Source of the DNA: Thermoanaerobaculia bacterium
GTDB taxonomy: Bacteria; Acidobacteriota; Thermoanaerobaculia; UBA5066
Length of the DNA: 64,000 nt
NCBI GenBank assembly: GCA_048500275.1
Contig: JASNYI010000003.1
Location: 869,516-933,515 of the forward strand
Direction of reading: 5' to 3'
This document shows positions 53,746-62,796 of this stretch, one piece after another (within the stretch, counting starts at the first letter, position 1; every line of letters starts with the position of its first letter). Position numbers and translations under genes: made by a program. The notes under the pieces were generated by a model, which saw nothing but the letters and a program-made list of their open reading frames with translations, was not told the DNA's origin and made no database searches.

Positions 53746-54885
53746 TCAGTCGATCCGGAACGCCTTGCGCGCGCGGACCGTCAGACCGGGCTTCTTCATC
53801 TTCACCTCGACCTTGTGCCAGGTCCTCGGGCGCTGGTCGGTCGGCGTGAACGTGAGGAAGTACTGGTTCTCCAGCTCGGCGACGACCTCTCGGAAGACTC
53901 CCGGCAGGGTGCGGATCGTGGAGATGAACCAGGCGCGCCCCCCGGTCTCCTGCGCGAGGCGGTCGAGGCCTCGGAAGAGGGCCTTCACCTCCGCGACCCC
54001 CTGGGCCACCGTGAAGACGCTCGCCTCGGTGGCGCGCGCCAGGTCGACGACCTGGTCGATCTTCATCCGGCTCCGGTTGTCCTCGCCGTCGGTGAAGAGG
54101 ACGACCGCCCGCCGCCCGCTCGTCTCCCGGAGCCTCCGGAGCGCGACGGCCGCCGCGTCGTAGAGCGCGGTCTCGCCGCTGACGCGGGCGTCCTCGAGGG
54201 CCTTTCTCGCCGCCGCCCGGTCGGTCGAGAAGGGGGTGAACCCGACGACGTTCGACGCGAACGTGAGGACGGCGGCCCGGTCTCCCGGCTTCAGGGCCGA
54301 GAGGAACTCGAGCGCCGCCGCGCGCGCCTCGCGCAGCTTGAGCGCCATGGACCCCGACACGTCGAGGACGAGGACGACCGAGAGGGCCGAGTTCGCCGCC
54401 TCGAAGGTCTCGATCTCCTGCGGGTGGCCGTTGACGAGGAGGGAGAAGTCCTCGCGGGAGAGGCCGCGGACGTAGTTGCCGGAAGAGTCGGTCACGATGG
54501 GCGAGAGGGAGACGACGCGGGCGTCGGCCGTCGCCGCGAAGCCGAGGCCGCGGGTCCTCACCCGCGAAACCGCAACCTCGCGCCCCTCGCGGAGGAGGAC
54601 GGCCTCGAGCCTGTGCGGCCTGGGCGCGCTCCCGGCGTTCCAGGCGAGGGTCCACGGTTCGTCGTCGAGCCTCCCCGCCGGGCGGCCGTCCACGTAGATC
54701 TCGACGACGTCGCCCGGCCGGTGCCCGAGGAGGCGCACGGCGATCGTCGTGGCGCCGAGCGGGATGTCGTCCGGCCCGGGCTTCTCGATCCGGATGGAGG
54801 GCTTCTCGGCCTCTTCGGCCGAACCCGGGGCGGCGACGAAGAGGGCGACGCCGATCGCCGCGATCGCGATCCAGCTCGTTCTCAC
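53746..54885 (-). CDS. Secreted von Willebrand factor type A (VWA) domain protein.
   Basis: Genuine last ~380 codons of artefact ORF 53746..58116. GTG at 54885 is preceded by GGAGG and overlaps the upstream stop (GTGA). Signal peptide MRTSWIAIAAIGVALFVAAPGSA. MIDAS motif LVLDVSGSM…T…DGEDN. Confidence 0.8.
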   Translation of the reverse strand: MRTSWIAIAAIGVALFVAAPGSAEEAEKPSIRIEKPGPDDIPLGATTIAVRLLGHRPGDVVEIYVDGRPAGRLDDEPWTLAWNAGSAPRPHRLEAVLLREGREVAVSRVRTRGLGFAATADARVVSLSPIVTDSSGNYVRGLSREDFSLLVNGHPQEIETFEAANSALSVVLVLDVSGSMALKLREARAAALEFLSALKPGDRAAVLTFASNVVGFTPFSTDRAAARKALEDARVSGETALYDAAAVALRRLRETSGRRAVVLFTDGEDNRSRMKIDQVVDLARATEASVFTVAQGVAEVKALFRGLDRLAQETGGRAWFISTIRTLPGVFREVVAELENQYFLTFTPTDQRPRTWHKVEVKMKKPGLTVRARKAFRID

Positions 54886-57800
54886 CGCCCCTCCGCTCCC
54901 TGGCTCCGCATGATCCTGCCTTTCGAAAGCGCTTCTCCCAGCCGATTCTCGCGCGTCCGGGTCGCCGCCGCTCCCGCCGTGCCGGCGAGCGGCCGCCAGT
55001 CGAAGGCGTACGCCATGCGCGCCCGCACGAGGAGGTCGTCGAGGGCGGGCTCGAGAAAGACGGGGAGGATCGCGGCCGGGTCGCCCGACGCGGCCACGGA
55101 CCTCGCCACGTCGATCTTCAGGTCGTGGAGGCGCTCGGCGAAGGGGTGGGGCATGCGGTACTCGGCCAGGCGCTCGTACGAAGGGAGATCGGCGTCCGAC
55201 AAACGGCCCAGCCCCGCGAGGTGGAACGGCCGGGGGCCGTACTCGGCGAGCCGCGCCCTCGCCCCGGCCTCGCCGAAGCGGGAAACGAGCTCCTCCCACG
55301 CCCCTCTCGCTTCCCGCGCCGCCGGGACGTCGGGGAGGCCGGCGACGGTCCCCAGCGCGAGGCGACGCCCGACGCGGAAGAGATCCGAAGGCGAGAGGTG
55401 GCTCGTGGCGGCTCCGGGGCCGTCCTCCACGAGACGGTTCCGGCGGGAGACCGGGACGAGATCTCGGGCGAGGGCGTCCCAGGCGTCGTGGCGTCGGTCG
55501 GCGGGAAGGCTGGCGAGGGCCGCCGGAAGCTCTTCGGCCGCGCGGCAGGCGAGGTCGACGAAACGGAGCGCTTCGTCGTCGAGCCGGCCCGGAGCCAGGA
55601 GGAGGACGGGGGCGACGAGCCCGGCCCGGATGACCTCGTTCGCGAGGAAGGCGTTCGGTTCGTAGACGAGGCCCCCGGCGTGCAGGAGCCCGAGGGGATC
55701 CACGAGCCCCGAGAAGGCCCCGGCGAGCCGCATCGCCGAGCCGTCGGCAGGGGTCTCGAAACGCGTCGGTCGGAACGGGGACGGGACGACGACGCCCACC
55801 CGCGGCCCCCACGAGAGCGAGTGCCGCTTCACGAGGAGGGGGTCGGCGAAGGCGAGGTCGTCCGGGTCGAGGACGCTCCCGGCGTAGAGGTGGACGGCGA
55901 GGGCCTCGAGAGTCCGCTCGGCCCGGAGCGCGTCGAGGCGTCCGAGGCCCGCCTCGACGAGGGAAAGGACGTCGCCGCGGGTCGCGGCGTGGAGGGTCCC
56001 GAGCACCCAGCGGGCGGCACCCGCGGTCGCCGCGACACGCTCGTCGGCCTCTCTCCCCGGAGGGATCGCGGCGAGACTCCCGAGGAGCGTCGCGACCGCG
56101 GCGCGCGTTCCCTCGACGTTCCCGTCGCGGGCGGAGGCGAGGGCGTTCTCCCGTTCGGCCGCCGCCTGGGCGAGGGCCCCGAGCGGAACGTGCTCCTGGG
56201 TCGCGGCGAAGTCGCGCCGGCGCGCCGCCCCGTCGGCCGTCGGGTCGTAGGTGTACGAGCCTCCGCGGAAGCTCACGTGGACCGGCGTCCGCCAGCCCGT
56301 GAGCGCCGCGGCGAGGAGCGCGTCGGGCGTTGGCGCGGGCCGCGGCCCCTCGTCCTCGGGATCCCAGTCGAGGAGGCCGGGTCGGGACTTTCCGATAAAC
56401 CGTGTCTCCTCGGCCCGGAGGGTGGCGAGGAGCCCTCCGTGAAGCCACCGGTCGAAGTCCGCAAGGCCGGCAGCCGGGGCGGTTTGCGCGTTCGCGAACA
56501 GGGGCTGCTCGAGGAGCGAGGCGAAAAGGCGACGAGCCTCCTCGTCGGTGACGGACCCGCTCCGGGAGAGGGCCGCCAGGACCTCGACCGACGCCTGGAA
56601 GAGGCCGGCGCGAAGCTCGGCGTCGCGGTCGGTCCCGCTCGTGTCGAGCCGGTTCAGCGTGAAGAGATAGCGGCGAACGGTCGCCGCGTCCTCGAGCGGG
56701 AGGTCCTCGAGCGGCGCATAGCAGGCGAGGAAGCGGTCGAGACCGCGCACGAGGAGGAGGACCGTCCCGGCGTCGGAGAGGAGGGGCCGCGTCGCGACGA
56801 GGCTCGAGACGACGACGAACGCCTTCTGCGCGGGGATCGCGCCCGCCGCTCCCGCGATCTCGCGTCGGAAGAGCTGAGAGAGGGCCTCCTCCGGTCCGTC
56901 CGTCCTCGCGGCCGCGGCGGCAAGAAGCGGCGCGAGCTCCGCCTCGCCGGCAGGGAACCCGGTCCCCGCGATGGCCTCCAGCCAGACGCCGGCGCCTCCC
57001 GGAAGATCGAGCTTCCCGTCCGCCGTGGTCTTCAGGAAGCCGGCGACGTGCGTGAAGTCCCAGGGGTCGCGCTGGCTGTTCCCGAAGCTCCGGCCGGTCC
57101 GGCCGATGGCGTCGACGAGGCCCTTGAACCGCTCCACCGCGGCGTCTCCGCGCGCTGCCGGCCCGAGAACGAAGGCCCGAGCCGTCTCCCCGGGGAGCGG
57201 CCGGAGGGCGTCGGCGACGTAGGCGGCCTTCCCCGAGCGGGAGGAGTAGAACCGCACGAGGAACTCCGCGGCGTCCGACGGCGGCGCCCCGACGACCTCC
57301 TCCCAGGCCTTCTCCGCGCCTTCGCCCCCCGGCAGGCGGACTCGCCCGTCGCGGATCTCGAGCGCCTCGGGGTAGAGGGCGAACCCTTCGAGGGACTTGT
57401 CGTAGAGGAGCTTCCAGCCCGCGTACCCGCCGGGCGCGCCGCCGACGGGCCTCAGCTCCTCGCGGGTCCGCGCGTCGACGGCGTGGAGGGCGACCATCAT
57501 CCGCGACGCCGGGATGTTCCGGACGAAGTGGAGGAAGGCGTTGGCGGCGTTCAACCGCTTCTCGTCGAGGCCGAGTGTCTCCCTCCAGGCCGCGAGGCCG
57601 AACGGGAGCGCCGCCTCGCCGTCGCCGCATTCCACCCGGACGTCCTCCCCGGCCTCGAGGCGCCTCAGCGCGTCGGACGCGGGCTGCCCCAGGACGTCCA
57701 GGAAGGCCTGCCGTCGCTGCGACGTGGCGTCGGCGCGCGGCTCGGCCTGGAACCCAGGGCCCTCGCCCCGGACCCGGTAGCCGAGCCAGGCGAGCGCGCG

Positions 57801-58130
57801 AAGGGTCTTCTCCCGTCCTTCGGGACGCGCCGAGAGGATCGCCGGGCAGCCCTGCTCCGTTCTCCAGTCGGCGAGGTCCTCCGCGAACGCGACGACGGCC
57901 TTCCGCTTCTCGCTCTTGTCCCAGGAGTCGTTCGAGGCCGTCCCGGAGAGGAGGACGCGGTGGACGTCCGGGAAGAAGTCCTTCTCCGGCCGGTCCGCGC
58001 CGAGGGCGAGGAGTCGGCGCAGGCTCCCGGTCCCTCCGGGGACGGCGACGGGGTCTCCGAGGAGGCCGGCGGACGGGAGGAGGACCATCGCCAGGACGAG
58101 GGCCGGTCGTCGCCACGAGAACGCGTTCAA
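54882..58130 (-). CDS. Large (1082 aa) secreted hypothetical protein with no recognisable domain.
   Basis: Track ORF of 1082 aa with a TTG start. Signal-like N-terminus MNAFSWRRPALVLAMVLLPSAGLLG. Composition is diverse (W/F/Y/N/K present), unlike antisense artefacts. It is translationally coupled on both sides (TTG/TGA overlap at 58127-58130; GTGA at 54882-54885). Confidence 0.6.
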   Translation of the reverse strand: MNAFSWRRPALVLAMVLLPSAGLLGDPVAVPGGTGSLRRLLALGADRPEKDFFPDVHRVLLSGTASNDSWDKSEKRKAVVAFAEDLADWRTEQGCPAILSARPEGREKTLRALAWLGYRVRGEGPGFQAEPRADATSQRRQAFLDVLGQPASDALRRLEAGEDVRVECGDGEAALPFGLAAWRETLGLDEKRLNAANAFLHFVRNIPASRMMVALHAVDARTREELRPVGGAPGGYAGWKLLYDKSLEGFALYPEALEIRDGRVRLPGGEGAEKAWEEVVGAPPSDAAEFLVRFYSSRSGKAAYVADALRPLPGETARAFVLGPAARGDAAVERFKGLVDAIGRTGRSFGNSQRDPWDFTHVAGFLKTTADGKLDLPGGAGVWLEAIAGTGFPAGEAELAPLLAAAAARTDGPEEALSQLFRREIAGAAGAIPAQKAFVVVSSLVATRPLLSDAGTVLLLVRGLDRFLACYAPLEDLPLEDAATVRRYLFTLNRLDTSGTDRDAELRAGLFQASVEVLAALSRSGSVTDEEARRLFASLLEQPLFANAQTAPAAGLADFDRWLHGGLLATLRAEETRFIGKSRPGLLDWDPEDEGPRPAPTPDALLAAALTGWRTPVHVSFRGGSYTYDPTADGAARRRDFAATQEHVPLGALAQAAAERENALASARDGNVEGTRAAVATLLGSLAAIPPGREADERVAATAGAARWVLGTLHAATRGDVLSLVEAGLGRLDALRAERTLEALAVHLYAGSVLDPDDLAFADPLLVKRHSLSWGPRVGVVVPSPFRPTRFETPADGSAMRLAGAFSGLVDPLGLLHAGGLVYEPNAFLANEVIRAGLVAPVLLLAPGRLDDEALRFVDLACRAAEELPAALASLPADRRHDAWDALARDLVPVSRRNRLVEDGPGAATSHLSPSDLFRVGRRLALGTVAGLPDVPAAREARGAWEELVSRFGEAGARARLAEYGPRPFHLAGLGRLSDADLPSYERLAEYRMPHPFAERLHDLKIDVARSVAASGDPAAILPVFLEPALDDLLVRARMAYAFDWRPLAGTAGAAATRTRENRLGEALSKGRIMRSQGAEGR

Positions 58131-59263
58131 CGCCCGGCCCCCTGGCGCCGGGCCGCGCGGGCGGCTGCGGACGAGACGCTCCCGGACGCGGCCGACGTGG
58201 ACGCCGAGGAGCCGACGCCGTGGACCTCCTCCAGCGCCGTCGCGACGGCGTCGATCTCGGCGCGGAGGGACTCGAGCCCCCCCTTCAGGCTCTCGCGGGT
58301 CACCTCCGACGCGGCCGAGTCGGCGGCGAAGGCGCGGAGGACCTGCGCGCGGAGCGACTCGAGCGAGTAGAGGATGCGGGTCCCCTCCGCCTCGATCCGC
58401 GCGGCGGCCGTCGCGATCTCGGTCCGGTGGGCCACCTGCGCGTCGAGCGCGGAGAGGGCGCCCGCGAGCCGCTCTTTCACGACCGCGTCGGGCGAAGCCT
58501 CGACCCTCGCGGCGAGCTCGGACCGCTCCCGCGCGAGGCGTTCTCCCTCTTCCTCCGTCAGCGAGGCCCGGAGGCTCCGCTCGCGGCGCGCCAGCTCGCG
58601 CGAGGCGGCGCGGAGGGCCTCGACGGTCTCCTCGGGACGCCGGAGCAGCTCGCGGACGAGGGGCGGCGCCCCCTTCAGCTCGGAGAGGAGCCGGTCGCAG
58701 ATGCCGTCGACCCGCCGCTCCCGCGCCGTGATCGCCGCGAGCACCGGGCTCTCGGGCGCGGCGACGGGCTCCGGAGGCGGCCCGGTCACCGGCACGCTCC
58801 TCGCCGGCGGCGACGACGCGACGACCCCGTCCGGGATCGCGGCGACGCCGCGGGCGCGGGCCTCCTCGGCGAGGCGCTGCTCCCGGCGGCGCACCTTCGT
58901 GTAGATGTCGGCCGCCCCCATCGCGAAGCCGAACGCGACGAAGAAGAGCCAGAAGAGGTGAGGCTGCGTGGCCCCGATGAAGGCGGCGACGGCAGCCGCG
59001 CCGCCCATGACGACGGCCTGCGGAAGGCTCGCGTCGTCCTCTTCCTTCAGGCGCTTGGCGAGCCGTCGCTCCTCCCGCGTCGGGCCGGGCTCCGTCGCCT
59101 TCTCGATCGCCCGGGCGATGCCGGCGACGGCCCCCTCGGCCGCCTTCGAGACCCGGGTGGCCGTCTCCTCGATCTTCGAGGCCGGGATCTTCTCCAGGGC
59201 GCCGAGGACCCTCCGGACGCTCTCCTCGAGCTCCCGTTCGACGCCCCTTCCGTTTCCGGCCAT
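58127..59263 (-). CDS. Hypothetical membrane protein with an N-terminal cytoplasmic helix region, two TM helices and a long C-terminal coiled coil.
   Basis: Track ORF of 378 aa with ATG at 59263. TM pair AVVMGGAAAVAAFIGATQPHLFWLFFVAFGFAMGAADIY. The C-terminal ~250 aa are heptad-like and Ala/Glu/Arg-rich. It is the first gene of a three-gene operon with 54882..58130 and 53746..54885. Confidence 0.55.
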   Translation of the reverse strand: MAGNGRGVERELEESVRRVLGALEKIPASKIEETATRVSKAAEGAVAGIARAIEKATEPGPTREERRLAKRLKEEDDASLPQAVVMGGAAAVAAFIGATQPHLFWLFFVAFGFAMGAADIYTKVRRREQRLAEEARARGVAAIPDGVVASSPPARSVPVTGPPPEPVAAPESPVLAAITARERRVDGICDRLLSELKGAPPLVRELLRRPEETVEALRAASRELARRERSLRASLTEEEGERLARERSELAARVEASPDAVVKERLAGALSALDAQVAHRTEIATAAARIEAEGTRILYSLESLRAQVLRAFAADSAASEVTRESLKGGLESLRAEIDAVATALEEVHGVGSSASTSAASGSVSSAAARAARRQGAGR

Positions 59264-59322
59264 CCCTCTCCTCCCGCCGATGGGTTATACGCCGGCGGTG
59301 GCGCAGGGTTCAGAATCTCACG

Positions 59323-59354
59323 AGAAAGAAGGGGGTCAAGAAAGAAGGGGGTCA
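59323..59354. repeat. Perfect tandem duplication of a 16-bp unit AGAAAGAAGGGGGTCA (x2) in a divergent promoter region.
   Basis: Seen directly at 59323-59338 and 59339-59354. It sits between the start of gene 58127..59263 (minus) and the ACAD gene start (59444). Confidence 0.7.
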
Positions 59355-59378
59355 GGTCTACCTTCTACACTCTGCGCG
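59347..59378. repeat. Half-copy (single arm) of the palindromic element found at 61153..61220.
   Basis: GGGGGTCAGGTCTACCTTCTACACTCTGCGCG versus the left arm GGGGGCCAGGTCTGCCTTCTACACTCTGCGCG at 61154-61185 (30/32 identical). Confidence 0.6.
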
Positions 59379-59443
59379 CTCCCGTCACGGCAGCCGGAAC
59401 CCGGGCGCCCGGACTCCGGTAATCTGACTGACCGGAGGACGCC

Positions 59444-61144
59444 ATGTTCCTGCTGAACCCCAAGAGTCTCGGTGAGCTTCCCCTCGACCCGCGCTCGCGC
59501 GAGATCGTCGAGAAGACGATCGCCTTCTTCGAAGCCAAGGGGAAGGGGCGGCTCCGCCAGGACGACATCGACCGGGTCTGGTACGCCGACTTCCTCGACT
59601 TCGTGAAGCGCGAGCGGGTCTTCGCCGACCTGCTGACGCCGCCGGAGCTGGGCAGCCCCGACGCGAGATGGGACACGTTCCGCAACTGCTTCGTGAACGA
59701 GGTCCTCGGCTTCTACGGCCTCTGCTACTGGTACACGTGGCAGGTCTCGATCCTCGGCCTCGGGCCGCTCTGGATGAGCCCGAACGAGGAGATGAGGAAG
59801 AGGGCCGCCGCGGCGATCGCGGAGGGCGGCATCTTCGCCTTCGGCCTCTCGGAGAAGGAGCACGGCGCCGACATCTACTCGAGCTCGATGACGCTCGCGC
59901 CACAGGGCGACGGCTCGTTCATTGCGAACGGCTCCAAGTACTACATCGGCAACGGGAACGAGGCGGCCCTCGTGTCGGTCTTCGGGAAGATGGCCGGGTC
60001 GAACGACTACGTCTTCTTCACGGCCGACCCGAAGCGCCCCGGCTACCGGCTCGTGAAGAACGTCGTGGCGAGCCAGTCGTACGTGGCCGAGTTCGAGCTG
60101 GCCGACTACCCCGTCGCGGCCGGCGAGGTGCTGATGATCGGGCGGGAAGCGTGGGACGCCGCGCTCAACACCGTCAACGTCGGCAAGTACAACCTCGGCT
60201 GGGCCTCCATCGGCATCTGCGAGCACGCCTTCCACGAGGCGCTGAACCATGCCGCCGGCCGCCGCCTCTACGGCATGTCGGTCACGGACTTCCCTCACGT
60301 GGCCCGGATGTTCACGGACGCCTGGGCGCGGCTCGTGGCGATGAAGGTCTTCGCCTTCCGCGCGTCCGACTACCAGCGCTCCGCCTCGCTCGAGGACCGC
60401 CGCTACCTCCTCTACAACCCCCTCGTGAAGATGAAGGTGACGACCGAGGGGGAGAAGGTCGTCGACCTCCTCTGGGACGTCATCGCGGCGAAGGGCTTCG
60501 AGAAGGACATGGTCTTCGAGATGGCCGCGCGCGACATTCGCGCCCTGCCGAAGCTCGAGGGGACGGTCCACGTCAACATCGCGCTCATCGTGAAGTTCCT
60601 CGCGAACTGGCTGTTCCGGCCCACGGCGTGCCCCAAGGTGGGGCGCCGGACCGAGCCGGCCCACGACGCCTTCCTCTTCGCGCAGGGCCCCGCGAGCGGT
60701 CTCGGGAAGATCCGCTTCCACGACTGGGACCCGGCCTTCGCGGCCCACGCCCGCATCCCGAACGTCGCCCTCTTCCGCGAGCAGGTCGGCGCCTTCCGGG
60801 AGCTCTGCGCGGCCGCCGCGCCCACGGAGGAGCAGGCGAAGGACGTCGACCTCCTCCTCGCCGTGGGCGACCTCTTCGCGCTCGCCGTCTACGCCCACCT
60901 CGTCCTCGAGGGGGCCGGGCACCACGGCCTGACCGACGACGCCCTCGACCAGCTCTTCGACGTCTTCGTGAGGGACTTCTCCTCCTACGCCCTCAAGCTC
61001 CACGAGCGCTCCGGGGCGACGGAGAAGCAGGCCGCTATGGCCCTGCGCCTCGTCAGGCGCCCCGCCTTCGACGCGGCCCGCTTCGGCAGGATCTGGAAAG
61101 ACGAGGTCCTCGCCCTCCGCGACACCTACCGGATGAACGAGTAG
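59444..61144 (+). CDS. Acyl-CoA dehydrogenase family protein.
   Basis: Track ORF of 566 aa. ACAD N-terminal, middle (…GGIFAFGLSEKEHGADIYSSSMTLA…) and C-terminal domains present. An extended C-terminus of about 150 aa. Confidence 0.8.
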   Translation: MFLLNPKSLGELPLDPRSREIVEKTIAFFEAKGKGRLRQDDIDRVWYADFLDFVKRERVFADLLTPPELGSPDARWDTFRNCFVNEVLGFYGLCYWYTWQVSILGLGPLWMSPNEEMRKRAAAAIAEGGIFAFGLSEKEHGADIYSSSMTLAPQGDGSFIANGSKYYIGNGNEAALVSVFGKMAGSNDYVFFTADPKRPGYRLVKNVVASQSYVAEFELADYPVAAGEVLMIGREAWDAALNTVNVGKYNLGWASIGICEHAFHEALNHAAGRRLYGMSVTDFPHVARMFTDAWARLVAMKVFAFRASDYQRSASLEDRRYLLYNPLVKMKVTTEGEKVVDLLWDVIAAKGFEKDMVFEMAARDIRALPKLEGTVHVNIALIVKFLANWLFRPTACPKVGRRTEPAHDAFLFAQGPASGLGKIRFHDWDPAFAAHARIPNVALFREQVGAFRELCAAAAPTEEQAKDVDLLLAVGDLFALAVYAHLVLEGAGHHGLTDDALDQLFDVFVRDFSSYALKLHERSGATEKQAAMALRLVRRPAFDAARFGRIWKDEVLALRDTYRMNE

Positions 61145-61152
61145 GGGATGAC

Positions 61153-61220
61153 GGGGGGCCAGGTCTGCCTTCTACACTCTGCGCGGTCGCGCAGAGTGTA
61201 GAAGGCAGACCTGGCCCCCC
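61153..61220. repeat. Perfect 32-bp-stem palindrome (4-nt loop GGTC) between the convergent ACAD and murJ genes. Candidate REP/MITE-like element or bidirectional terminator.
   Basis: GGGGGGCCAGGTCTGCCTTCTACACTCTGCGC-GGTC-GCGCAGAGTGTAGAAGGCAGACCTGGCCCCCC. It lies 8 nt after the ACAD stop and 4 nt before the murJ stop. Confidence 0.7.
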
Positions 61221-61224
61221 GTCC

Positions 61225-62796
61225 TTAGCGAGCCTGGCCCATGCGGCGCCGGATCGTCGCCGCGAGAGCCGAGGCTTCGGGGACCCGGAAGAGGAGGGAC
61301 AGCGCCCCGTACGCCGCGGCGAACATGCCGCAGACGAGGGAGCCGAGGAGGACCGGACCGAGGCCGGCGCCGAGGAGCTTCGCTCCGAACCCGGCCCCGG
61401 CGGCGCCGAGCGCTGCGCCCCAGACCCGGAGGGAGAAGGAGGCCGGGAGGCCCGTCTTGCCGACGCGGCGGTTCAGCGCGCGGCGCAGGAGGAGCATCTC
61501 GAGCCAGCCTGCGAGACCGGACCCGAGGGTCAGCCCCGCGAGGCCGAGGCGCGGTTCGAGGCCCAGGAGGCGCGGGGCCCCGAACGCGAGGGAGGCGCCG
61601 AGCGCCGCGCTGATGGCGACACGGACCATGGCGAAGCGCAGCGGGGTGCGCGTGTCGTGGAGGGCCCAGAAGGCCGAGGCGTAGAGGCGTCCGAGCGTCA
61701 TCGCGAGGAGGCCGACGGCCGAGCCGGCGAGGACGGCCCAGACGATTCGAACGTCCTCCTCCCCGAACCTCCCCGTCTGGAAGGCGAGCGCGACGACACG
61801 GTCGCCGAGGAGGGCGAAGGCGACGGCCGACGGGACGACGAGGAAGGCGACGCGCCGGAGAGCGGCGTCGAGCCTCTCGCGAAGCTTCTCCGCGCCGATC
61901 CCGCTCGAGAGCTCCGGCAGCTCGGCGCTCGAGACGGACATGCCGAAGAGGGAGATCGGGAGGAGGTAGAGCGTCTGCGCGTAGCCGAGCATCGCCACGG
62001 CCCCGCCGGGGAGGAAGCTCGCGATGACCTGGTCGACCCAGCTCGAGACCTGGGTCACGCCTCGGCTGCCGACCGCCGGGAGGAAATTGCGGAAGATCGT
62101 CCTGACGTGCGGCGAGCGCGTGTCGAGCGAGGGGCGAAGGGAGCCGACGAGCCTCGCCACCCGCGGCAGCTGGACGGCGAGCTGCAGGAGGCTCCCCGCG
62201 ACGGCGCCCCAGGCGGCCCAGACGGCGATTCCGGCCGCACCGCCCGACGCCCCCGCCAGGGCGAGCGCTGCGATGATCGCCCCGTTCCAGAGGACCGGCG
62301 CCGCGTAGGGGAGGAAGAACCTCCGGTGGCTGTTGAGGATGCCGAGGCAGAACGCCGAGAGGACGAGGAGTCCGGTGCCGGGGAAGAGGACGCGGACGAG
62401 GCGGATCGTCAGCTCGCGGCGTTCCCCGGAGAAACCGGGCGTGAAGACGTCGACGAGGACGGGCGCCGCGAGGACGCCCGCGGCCGACAGGCCGACCGCG
62501 AGGAGCGCCAGGAGCGTCCCGACGGTGCGGGCCGTCCGGCGGGCCTCCTCCTCCCTCCCCTCGCCGAGGAGGCGCGAGTAGACGGGTATGAGCGAGGCCG
62601 AGAGGGAGCCCTCGCCGAAGAGGTTCTGGAGGAAGTTCGGTGCGCGCAGGGCGGCGCGCAGGGCGTCGGCCGCCATGGAGCTTCCGAGATAGTGGGCGAA
62701 GACCCGTTCCCTCGCGAAGCCGGCGAGCCGGGAGAGGAGGACGCCCGCGCCGACGAGGAGGGCGTTCGCCGTCGAGGAGCGGCGCGCCCCCGTCAC
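61225..62796 (-). CDS. murJ: Lipid II flippase MurJ (MviN).
   Basis: Genuine last ~523 codons of ORF 61225..63753. GTG at 62796 overlaps the mraY stop (GTGA). N-terminus MTGARRSSTANALLVGAGVLLSRLAGFARERVFAHYLG fits the MurJ signature. About 14 TM helices. Confidence 0.8.
   Translation of the reverse strand: MTGARRSSTANALLVGAGVLLSRLAGFARERVFAHYLGSSMAADALRAALRAPNFLQNLFGEGSLSASLIPVYSRLLGEGREEEARRTARTVGTLLALLAVGLSAAGVLAAPVLVDVFTPGFSGERRELTIRLVRVLFPGTGLLVLSAFCLGILNSHRRFFLPYAAPVLWNGAIIAALALAGASGGAAGIAVWAAWGAVAGSLLQLAVQLPRVARLVGSLRPSLDTRSPHVRTIFRNFLPAVGSRGVTQVSSWVDQVIASFLPGGAVAMLGYAQTLYLLPISLFGMSVSSAELPELSSGIGAEKLRERLDAALRRVAFLVVPSAVAFALLGDRVVALAFQTGRFGEEDVRIVWAVLAGSAVGLLAMTLGRLYASAFWALHDTRTPLRFAMVRVAISAALGASLAFGAPRLLGLEPRLGLAGLTLGSGLAGWLEMLLLRRALNRRVGKTGLPASFSLRVWGAALGAAGAGFGAKLLGAGLGPVLLGSLVCGMFAAAYGALSLLFRVPEASALAATIRRRMGQAR

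Noticed and set aside
53746-58116. A 1456-aa minus-strand ORF.
   Set aside because: Its N-terminal ~1070 aa are an R/P/G-rich out-of-frame translation of the 1082-aa gene region. Only the C-terminal VWA protein (from GTG 54885) is genuine.
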